A DNA stretch of 64,000 nt from Antedon mediterranea. Its lineage: Eukaryota; Animalia; Echinodermata. Positions 53,101-64,000 of this stretch are shown piece by piece; position 1 is the stretch's first letter; every line of letters starts with the position of its first letter. Below the pieces are notes generated by a model that ran no database searches, was not told where the DNA came from, and saw only the letters and a list, made by a program, of their open reading frames with translations. The stretch covers positions 1,178,001-1,242,000 of the forward strand of contig NC_092674.1 of NCBI RefSeq assembly GCF_964355755.1. The letters are read 5' to 3'. Both the position numbers and the translations under genes were made by a program.

Positions 53101-54195
53101 TTTTTTTAGAAAGTGGAACCAATCTTTACCCTCTTATCCTGACATTTGCATGTTTGGGCAAATACGCAATTGGTACATCGTTTAATTCTGTCTGGCTCTA
53201 TGCAAATGAGATATTTCCAACAGAATTAAGGTAAAGAGAAGTATAAAGTTTAGGGGTTGAATACATACATATAAATAAGAAATACCATACTGGTACCTGA
53301 AATTTTACTGCTCAGTTTTAGAAGGAAATTTGTATCATTTACTATGAACAAAAAACAAAAAATGTCGTGCCAAAAATAAATTGAAATCATAAATAAATGT
53401 TAGAAATTAAAATGAAATACCACGTATTTCGACAATACTTTAATTCAATCATTTAAAGATGTATTGTCAAAAACCCATTAGCTGGCAGCCAATTTGACTT
53501 TGAATGTTTGTTTCGATCCAATATTTGGTCAAATTGAATAACTATTAGGTGACATTAAAATGGCATATTAAAAAAAAAGTTTCAGCGGGACAATACATCT
53601 TTAATAATTCAAAGCACTCTTTTGTTTGTATTATTAGAAACACAGGACTGGGTACGTGTTCATTTGCAGCAAGGATTGGATCCATTATTGCGCCGTACAT
53701 TTTGTACTTGGTAAATAGTATTTTTAGTTTTAAATAAATGTTATATAGATTTTAAAACTTGTATATTACATGACTGAAATATAATTACTTTACTGAGTTA
53801 TGGAAACAGAAATAAAGGAACTCTACACCTCAGTGATATAATGGAAACCAATGAACTAACTAAACAAATTTGTGATATAAACAATTTGATACTGTTGTCA
53901 TCTATTACAGTCTCACAAGATTATTGAAGAAAAAAAATATGATTACGTTTTGGTTAAAAATGATTGGTGACAAATATTCCTACGTTCTAGCAACTATTTT
54001 ACTAACGATAATCTGTTTTGTTTATACTTCTAGAACAATTTTTATGGCGGTAGTGCGTTGTTGTTATTTGGTATCTTTGCTGCAGTAGGAGGTATATTGG
54101 TCTACTTTCTACCGGAAACTCGTAATAAACCTCTTCCAGAGACCATGAAAGAAGGTGAAGATCTCCACGCTGGAAGAGAAATTATACGGCCATAG
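50193..54195 (+). CDS. SLC22 family transporter, paralog C (intron 2 has GC donor)
   Basis: Same 9-exon structure; exon 2 ends GAACAG|GCAAGT at 51365; stop TAG 54193-54195. Confidence 0.88.
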
Positions 54196-55225
54196 GGTGC
54201 ATTATTTAATTTAATATTCCACTGAGTTTTCATATATTTAGCCAAAGTTGACTATAGTAATCACGACAGAAAATGTCAAAAAACGTATTCATTATAAACG
54301 TTCGATTAATAATACATTACAAAAGCTTTTCGCAATACTAGTCTTATTATTAGGTATATTGAAATAGTAATAAATATTACTCATGGGGCATTTTCTATTA
54401 ATGAAAAAATGCTTAAGGTATATATATATCGATATCAATCTATATTGTATCGACAAGCTTTGGAAATTATATCATTAAAATATGACTTTTGCGAGAGATA
54501 CTATAATCGGACCAGATATATTGAGTGGGTGAACCATTTTCTTGGTAACCTTTATTTAAAAGAAACCACATGAAACGAATGCTTTTGCCTGCTGGGCTAG
54601 GATTGATGCTGGATCATATTCGTGAATTGTGTCGTTTGACAATTATTCAAGTTTGTTATTGAGTAAAAACAAATATAATTAACTTACCACTATAGTTTCG
54701 AGCTTCTTTAAAACAAAACAATATATGAATCTTTATATTCCAAAGATAAGCTGATTCTACCAGCTCCAACCATGGAGGTTTATTTTTATACCTCCATGCT
54801 CCAACTGTTAACATACACGCATGCTTAAAGCAATCAATCGTTCGCTGGTCTGATAAGCAATTCAACAAGTACAGCATTCTACACTTTGTTATCTAAATAG
54901 CCTATGCATCTGTGCCTACGTTGTTACGTGGTCATTACGTTTCAGTCGGTGGAAATGTACATATTAATTTAAAACATTAAAACAAATATCAATAACAAAA
55001 ACACTGATATATTTTCTTTAAATATTATATTTGTAATTTATTCAAACCAGTTGGCCTGCCATGTTTGTTTTGTTGCTATATTTATCATCTTGTCTTGAAT
55101 TTTATACCCAGGAAACCGGATATCATGTATGTTGTATGTATGTATGTGTAAATAAAGAATCTTGAATCTTGAATATTGCCATTGGTTAATTATTATATCT
55201 TGCTTCTATTCCTGCATTGATATAC

Positions 55226-57612
55226 AGTATTTGAGTTACTTGCTATACCTGGTTTACTCCTACATTGGTATATTTGGGTTATTTGCTATACCTGGTTTAC
55301 TCCTACATTGGTATATTTGGGTTACTTGCTATACCTGGTTTACTCCTACATTGGTATATTTGAGTTACTTGCTATACCTGGTTTACTCCTACATTGGTAT
55401 ATTTGGGTTACTTGCTATACCTGGGTTACTCCTACATTGGTATATTTGAGTTACTTGCTATACCTGGTTTACTCCTACATTGGTATATTTGGGTTACTTG
55501 CTATACCTGGTTTACTCCTACATTGGTATATTTGAGTTACTTGCTATACCTGGTTTACTCCTACATTGGTATATTTGGGTTACTTGCTATACCTGGTTTA
55601 CTCCTACATTGGTATATTTGGGTTACTTGCTATACCTGGTTTACTCCTACATTGGTATATTTGGGTTACTTGCTATACCTGGTTTACTCCAACATTGGTA
55701 TATTTGAGTTACTTGCTATACCTGATTTACTCCTACATTGGTATATTTGGGTTACTTGCTATACCTGGTTTACTCCAACATTGGTATATTTGAGTTACTT
55801 GCTATACCTGGTTTACTCCTACATTGGTATATTTGGGTTACTTGCTATACCTGGTTTACTCCTACATTGGTATATTTGAGTTACTTGCTATACCTGGTTT
55901 ACTCCTACATTGGTATATTTGGGTTACTTGCTATACCTGGTTTACTCCTACATTGGTATATTTGGGTTACTTGCTATACCTGATTTACTCCTACATTGGT
56001 ATATTTGGGTTACTTGCTATACCTGGTTTACTCCTACATTGGTATATTTGGGTTACTTGCTATACCTGGTTTACTCCTACATTGGTATATTTGAGTTACT
56101 TGCTATACCTGGTTTACTCCTACATTGGTATATTTGGGTTACTTGCTATACCTGGTTTACTCCTACATTGGTATATTTGAGTTACTTGCTATACCTGATT
56201 TACTCCTACATTGGTATATTTGGGTTACTTGCTATACCTGGTTTACTCCTACATTGGTATATTTGGGTTACTTGCTATACCTGGTTTACTCCTACATTGG
56301 TATATTTGAGTTACTTGCTATACCTGGTTTACTCCTACATTGGTATATTTGAGTTACTTGCTATACCTGGTTTACTCCTACATTGGTATATTTGGGTTAC
56401 TTGCTATACCTGGTTTACTCCTACATTGGTATATTTGGGTTACTTGCTATACCTGGTTTACTCCTACATTGGTATATTTGGGTTACTTGCTATACCTGGT
56501 TTACTCCTACATTGGTATATTTGGGTTACTTGCTATACCTGGTTTACTCCTACATTGGTATATTTGGGTTATTTGCTATACCTGGTTTACTCCTACATTG
56601 GTATATTTGAGTTACTTGCTATACCTGATTTACTCCTACATTGGTATATTTGAGTTACTTGCTATACCTGGTTTACTCCTACATTGGTATATTTGGGTTA
56701 CTTGCTATACCTGATTTACTCCTACATTGGTATATTTGAGTTACTTGCTATACCTGGTTTACTCCTACATTGGTATATTTGGGTTACTTGCTATACCTGG
56801 TTTACTCCTACATTGGTATATTTGGGTTACTTGCTATACCTGGTTTACTCCTACATTGGTATATTTGGGTTACTTGCTATACCTGGTTTACTCCTACATT
56901 GGTATATTTGGGTTACTTGCTATACCTGGTTTACTCCTACATTGGTATATTTGGGTTACTTGCTATACCTGATTTACTCCTACATTGGTATATTTGAGTT
57001 ACTTGCTATACCTGGTTTACTCCTACATTGGTATATTTGGGTTACTTGCTATACCTGATTTACTCCTACATTGGTATATTTGAGTTACTTGCTATACCTG
57101 GTTTACTCCTACATTGGTATATTTGGGTTACTTGCTATACCTGGTTTACTCCTACATTGGTATATTTGGGTTACTTGCTATACCTGGTTTACTCCTACAT
57201 TGGTATATTTGGGTTACTTGCTATACCTGGTTTACTCCTATATTGGTATATTTGTGTTACTTGCTATACCTGGTTTACTCCTACATTGGTATATTTGGGT
57301 TACTTGCTATACCTGGTTTACTCCTACATTGGTATATTTGGGTTACTTGCTATACCTGGTTTACTCCTACATTGGTATATTTGGGTTACTTGCTATACCT
57401 GGTTTACTCCTACATTGGTATATTTGAGTTACTTGCTATACCTGGTTTACTCCTACATTGGTATATTTGGGTTACTTGCTATACCTGGTTTACTCCTATA
57501 TTGGTATATTTGGGTTACTTGCTATACCTGGTTTACTCCTACATTGGTATATTTGAGTTACTTGCTATACCTGGTTTACTCCTACATTGGTATATTTGAG
57601 TTACTTGCTATA
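55226..57612. repeat. 43-bp minisatellite x~55 between convergent SLC22 genes
   Basis: Unit GTATATTTG(G/A)GTTACTTGCTATACCTG(G/A)TTTACTCCTACATTG. Confidence 0.95.
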
Positions 57613-58065
57613 TCTTATATATAGGCCTAATGCTACATTACTATATTTTCTATTAAGTTTGGCCCCCATGGATGCAACGCAGTGACGTAGTTGTACAAGC
57701 GGCAATTCTAACGATCTATCGTGTCGTTAAATGAAGTGCATTGCGCATGCGTCGTTGCGTTGCGGGACCCAAGCTTTAAGCGTGGTTCCTACTAGAGACG
57801 CAACGCAAGGACGTCGTATGCGCAACGCAAGCAAGTTGAAAAATGACAAGACACTGTTCGAATAATCCATCGCTTGTGATTGATCAAATCACTTACATTG
57901 CGTTACGTCATTGCGTTGCGCTGCTAGTGGGAAACAAGCTTTATAGATACCCACAACAAATAATTATTATCTTCTCATGCATATACACTAACATAAATCA
58001 TATTTTAAAACTATTGGTTCATATTATTTTAAAAGATATTTCAGTGATAGGATTTAAACAATAAA

Positions 58066-61000
58066 TCAGAGTTCGCCCTCTACGTCCTCAATGGTTTGTG
58101 GCAACGGTTGGTTTATTGTTTCTGTAAGAAGAAGTGCGACAACCCCAGCAACAATTGACAGAGCTCCGTACGAAAACATCGGCAACCAAGGTAATATCTT
58201 TCCCTAGAAATATACAACTATTACATTTGTTTTTCCTGGATATAAACAATTTACTATGCCAACAAAAAATATTGATGGAAGTATGAACATACTACAAGTT
58301 GAAAATAAAAAAAATAAGAACCGTAATACAATTTAGAGTGGACACTTTATAGACACTATAAGTTTACATTTATTTAGCAATGATACTCACCAAATGCATA
58401 AGATAAGGAGCCGCCATACCACCAAACCTGGCAAACATTGAGCATGTGTTTACACACGTTGTTCTGCAAGAAATACCCATTAATACAATACGAACCCTTC
58501 TCTTAAATGTACCGGTTTAAAATAATCTTATCGCTGGCTACAAAAATGTTTCCAAATCTATCCCACTTTGTCTTATCCCGCTATTATACTACCAATTCAG
58601 AACTACAGTGAGACACACCTAGGAGACAATTTCGACGAGGACAATTAATGCTACGGCCAATTCTGAGGACACCATATTACAAAGTAGAAACTTTGTTGGA
58701 TTTGCCTGAAGGTGTCCTCTCGGTATTATACTTTGTGTATATGGAAGAATATTCCATTATCTTGTTGTCAGGGCGGATCCAGGATTATTTTTAACGGGGA
58801 AGCATCATTCAAAATAAGATATTAAAACGTTAATTCATGATTTTTAACGTTAAGTAGGGAGATCACAAGTCCTGTAATGACGGTTTAACAAACACATTGA
58901 ATCTACGATGACCTTACCTAATAACCGTAGGATATATTTCTGAAGCGAAGATCCACATGATCATGAAGGTTATGCTGATGGAGAGTTTTCCAATAAACGC
59001 CGATGTAGTTGTTAATGGCGACAGGTTAACCCCTCCATCTATAGACAAAGCAACATGTATTGAAATAATATTCACAAAGGTAGTTTTTAGTCGCGTGGAA
59101 GCGACTCTATAGTTCACTATGTCGGTCGGTCGGTCGGCCTGTCGGTCTGTCTGTCGGTCCGGTATCACTATGCGTTTTATCGCTTTCTGGCCTTATCTTG
59201 ATATCAGTTTAATCTAGCTAAGTCAATTTTTCACAGTATATTCCTTATGGCCAGGAATCGATGTGGTTATGTTTTCACGGTGCGCAATAAAAAATTACGC
59301 GGTCTACGCACGATTCACAACCATGAATCACAATTAAATAAAATTTGGTACTCATAAATTTCAGGGCATAAATCATCATAATGGCAATACAATTACGTGC
59401 GTAGCGCATGTAACGCATGCGTACGCGCGCTTACAATTTTCAAAATTTATTTTCGATGAAATAAGAGTACGTTTCAGGAAATTTTAAGCGTTTACAAAAT
59501 TGCCATGAGTGCGCAGATTTTTGCGCGCGCACTGCGCGTTAAATGTTATTGCGCACTCTTTTTGCCCGATTTCTGTTTTTTTGACTTACTTTTCAACTCG
59601 AAATTACGTTATACGAGCACGTCAAAAGTGTAAATTAAAAAAATATAAATGTTTTTAAACATTTCAACATTTTTAAACATGTTCAGTAATTTCGGTCAGT
59701 TGGTAGGTTGGTCGGTCGGTCGGTAAACACTAAGCACGCGACTGCAGCCATCTATATGGCCTTGTTAACTACAAATGATCATTTTCGCGGTCGAAAATGA
59801 AGCGACGACCGACTCGAACAAGCATGGAGCTTAGACTAGCACTAGCACTAGAGTTGCTACGCAAGGACATAACGCAACGTATAGTGATTTGACCAATCGC
59901 AAGTGATGGAATATTCGAACAGTCGCTTCTCATTAGTCAAATCGCTTGCAATAACGAAACGTCACAAGTAATTATTTTGATCAATCACCATGCGATGATC
60001 CAAACTGTCGCACACTACGTCGTTGGGTTGCATGCAAGTAGGAACCAGGCATAAGCGACGTACAGAGTGAATACAGAGATATTGTAATAATAATTATTAG
60101 TTATTAGTAATACAAATTTATAAAGCACACATATCCACTAGAAGTGCTCGAGTCGCTATCAATGCTGGTACTAACATCTATATACATATATTTGTATTAT
60201 TTATAGTTTTACATAATTAAATTTAAAAGGGGAACGGGATATATGAATAAACTTGTTTACTGCAAGGTAATTATACCTTACCGTACTAGTTAAAAAAAAA
60301 ACCAACAAACCTGTTTTCCCCGGAACAAAAGCTACTATGATACAGGCTATTGAAACTATAGTGTGAAAGATAAACAGTAGATGACGGCGACCGTATCTAT
60401 AATAAAGAAAAACAATTAATTTAATTCAGGGCCTAAATGGTTTTTTGTAAGCACCAAGCTAACTATTAATGATTACCTTTGTAGTGCATAAATGGCTATA
60501 AACATTGCTAGAATTTCAGCAACTGCAAGTAGCAGAAAGTTTATAAATCGATCACCGGAAATTGTTGATGAAGTGATTGATAAACCATAGTATATTACAC
60601 TGTTTACAAACCTATAAATATAGAAAATAAGTAAAAGTTAGTATTAGTGAAAGACCAGCAATCATATCTGTTGCCGAAGTAAGCATCTGGAAGGACAGTA
60701 TAAATATATAGGCAAACATTAATATTTTAGATCGATAGAGGTAGAACTCAATAATAATAATAATATAATAAGGAAACGAAATAAATTAACTAAGATGACT
60801 ATATTATTGCACATTGATGTAATACATCTTCTCTTTTTAATTTCCCCATGATTATAGGGATAGATATACTATTGCTATTGTTCACTATATATGTGTTTCG
60901 AAAGGGGTCTAATATATTTTATATAAGCCTACTGCCTACAAAATACGGAGTCTTAAGATAAAAAGTAAAATGTACCATAAATAAAACATGAGTATAGATG

Positions 61001-63228
61001 TTTTTCTTAGCTTCGGCGTTTTCATTATATCTAAGATGGTATACAACTTTGCAGGGTTTGAATCGTCTTTTTTGTTGTGCGTTTCATGGGCCTCTTTTAT
61101 GTTCTCAATCCAGGTCAGCTCCTCAGCCGGAATTTTATTAAACTCGGCAATTTTTATAAACGCCGCTTTGGCCTCTGGCCAGCGACTTTTTGACATCAAC
61201 CATCTCGGAGATTGAACTATAAACCTGTTTAAAATATGAACAGTGAAAAAGGTTGTATAATTATGCTTTTTGTTACAATCCAGTAATTACAATCTAAAAT
61301 TGTAAAAAAAAACACCACTAAAAACTGTAATAAGATATAATAAGTTTAACTACTATTGTACTCACCACCAAGTCGGTAAAGCTAATATATAAGGTAAAGT
61401 TATTGCCAATTCAAAATGGCGCCAGTCTTGAAAAACGTAGGCGATGATCGTCATAAAACACAGACCAAATGACCAGAATACTGCCAGAATGCATGCAGCC
61501 GATGACCGAAGCTTAGAGGAGAACAGCTCAATCACAAGTGTAAAAAATGCCGACAGCACGCGCTGAAGAAACAAGTTACATTATAATTTAGACATTAATA
61601 ATGAAAGTAATTATCACAAAAATTACCAAGCCTTTCATTATACTCTTTCCATGATTATTGTACATTTCCTAACAAATTGTAATTTTATTGTTTTTCTTCC
61701 TTTTCTTTCCACTTTTAGCTCTGTCTACACTATCAAACTGTTCGAAAAAAAAGTGTGATGTCCCTAAATAGGGTAGTGATATGCTCAAATATGGTAGTGA
61801 TATGACATCACCATGTCCATATATGGGCACATCACATTTTTTTGTCACATAAAGTTTGATAGTGTAGGCTTTAAAAAAAAAGTGTTGCACAACACCTAGA
61901 AACCAGCATTAGGGTTTATACAAATTAATATCGTATTCATTCTACTTCTACAATTATAACAAGCAATAATTACTACATCTCCGTATTATATATTTGGTTT
62001 CTCATTAACTTTTTAGAATAAATTTCAATCAAATTAAAAACAGTCAACACTAGTTGGAAACATTTCATATGGTTTTACAATAGGTATAATAAACGCCATT
62101 TGAGAATGAAACCGGTCAGGTTTCGAAACGTTATGTAAGTTCACTTATAATTTTTTGGTTTTTACAAACAGAAATGTTTATTATAATATATTATTAATAA
62201 TAAGTTGCTTACTGATTGAAATACTGCCGACAAAAACCACAATACGAGAAATGCGGGATACGTATGTGTGAAGGTTAAACAAACTCCAGAGATTAGTCCA
62301 CCAACTATTCCAACAAAACCCATCTTTTTGCGGCCAAAAATGTCCGAAAGATGTCCTCCGATAAATGAACTCACTAAAATACCAGCGAAATAGACAAAAA
62401 CTGCGTTTGCTACATAAATCGATTTGTCGCAAACCAAATCTATCTAGATTGTTAAAGGAAAACAACTTATGATTATTTTCTTCTGATGATTCTAAAAACA
62501 GAACATAAAAGGCAAGGACATACCAAACAGTAATATTATCATTATTGTAAATAATCACTGTATATATTTCAGAAATAATATTTTTTTTGTAAAAATCACT
62601 GTACTTTTTGTAAAAAAAGTTTTGGGTAAAAATCACTGTTATTATGGTTACTATTATGACTAAAAAATGTACGATTGATTGAATAAAGTTCAAAGTTTAC
62701 AATTATACCATGTTCAGAATATTAGCCCACTGCAGCATTTTCAACATTGAAACAATTTTAAAAAAGATAGTTGAAGTAATGAAGAACATAGGCTTATAGA
62801 TACATTACAGATTTCACCAAGCACTTTGTTCCAAGCTACGAAAAACTTAAGCAAACTACTAACTATGGTAACCTTTATCAAACCGTTTAATAAGTAAGTT
62901 GTTCCTACCGTACCTCTGTCACAAGAGTAACAGCTTTACCCTCATACGTCCAGCCTTCTTGACACGGGATAGTGCTAGCATTTAAGTAACCCTTGGTGTC
63001 ATTAGGAAACATAACACACTTCTCCAATTCACCATCATCGCTAAGTGGGATACTAACATTAAGTTCTCTGTCCGTCTGACAATGATGAGGCGGCGCGTAG
63101 AAGATAAAAACAGACGACAAAATATGCATGGCGGGTATTCCAGAACCAATTACCGATACTAAAGTAATTAATACAAAATTATATCTTCCAAATTCTCCTA
63201 ACTTCTCAAAATATTCGTCAATTTCCAT
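58066..63228 (-). CDS. SLC22 family transporter, divergent paralog D (9 coding exons)
   Basis: MEIDEYFEKLGEFGRY...TLVTE|FGLVCD..LSDIFGRK..ELFSSKLR..SPRWL..SEIYPTVIR..CSMFARFG..TETINQPLPQTIEDVE; TGA at 58066-58068; intron positions match paralogs A-C. Confidence 0.9.
59084..59766 (+). mobile_element. HINE/Helentron-type element, copy 2
   Basis: TTTTTAGTCGCGTGGAAGCGACT 5' hairpin, (GTCG/GTCT)n, 3' CACGCGACT subTIR, GCCATCTATATGGC hairpin, CTTGTT end. Confidence 0.85.
61718..61871. mobile_element. MITE (GTCTACACTATCAAACT family)
   Basis: Inverted termini CTACACTATCAAACT / AGTTTGATAGTGTAG; related copies at ~678-758 and ~30980-31116; looser relatives at ~28160-28370, ~36292-36630, ~50657-51045. 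Confidence 0.7.
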
Positions 63229-64000
63229 GATTAAAGATGTTCTTGATTTTTTCAGTAGTTTACTTATTAGATACTGATATGGTAATGGTTAACAAATCAT
63301 TTAACTAACGGTCGTATAAGTATACAAGTTAAACAAGCAAAGTCATTAAATATAAATACTTAATTGAGTATTGAGGCTAACTCTTGTAGGGCACAATATA
63401 CAATCTAATGACACGTAAAAAAATATTGTTATCATATTATTAAGTTTTATCATGGAGGTTACCTCCGTGGTTCTATTCAGTCGAATTTTTATTGAGACAT
63501 AAGATTGTTTACGTCATAGGCCTATATGGAGGTACCACTACACTGTATTCGCTAACGCTGTGAGTGGGATTGACAATATGTGTCAAGTTATCGTCGAGTT
63601 TATGTATAGGTGACGACTTGCACAATGGTCGTCATGAAAACAGAAATTAAATTTCAGAGAGCTCGACGACGTATTGCATAATTTAAATAAGTCTTAGGTC
63701 GTCTCGCAAATTGAAACTTGAATTAAACAAAGTCATTGACATTGCAAATGTGTTTTTCTATATAAGTTTTTCAAATAAATGTATATGTGGTAGATAAAGT
63801 CATAAAAATATACAAGGCATAGTTTAATTTTATCAAACTACAGGAATACGTAAATAACATTTTATTAATGACGACTGGTCGAAGATTTTGTTTTATTTTC
63901 AATAGCAATAACTAAAAATATGAATTATTTAGATTTCGTTCTATAATACAATTAGTTATCGTTCCTCCAAGAGTCAGTCCTTTCGAGATTAAATCTGAAT

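Noticed and set aside
55162-57624. Many hydrophobic ORFs (up to 247 aa)
   Set aside because: Artefact of the 43-bp satellite, same peptide in all three frames, non-ATG starts

Overview
AT-rich, intron-containing eukaryotic (marine invertebrate-like, plausibly echinoderm; organism is inference) genomic DNA. Left to right: 5' end of an unidentified minus-strand gene (1-~2300); an ~8 kb block of DNA-transposon relics (a 3.55 kb fold-back Academ element built from two inverted copies of the XPG/Cys8 transposase 3' half and interrupted by a tRNA-derived SINE; a PIF/Harbinger element with a nested Helentron-type HINE; a 1.55 kb palindromic MULE-type element with 9-bp TSD); a co-oriented minus-strand glyco-enzyme cluster (Sulfotransfer_2/CHST-like gene, NEU1-like sialidase, second CHST-like gene, CHST-like pseudogene); a ~12.8 kb many-exon plus-strand gene for an unrecognised coiled-coil protein; and four SLC22 transporter genes (three close tandem paralogs on +, one divergent on -). 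Several homogeneous minisatellites (64, 73, 48, 43, 21 bp units), further HINE copies and MITEs lie in introns/intergenic DNA. No CRISPR, rRNA or intact tRNA genes seen. Exon boundaries were inferred by eye from GT/AG signals and frame continuity.
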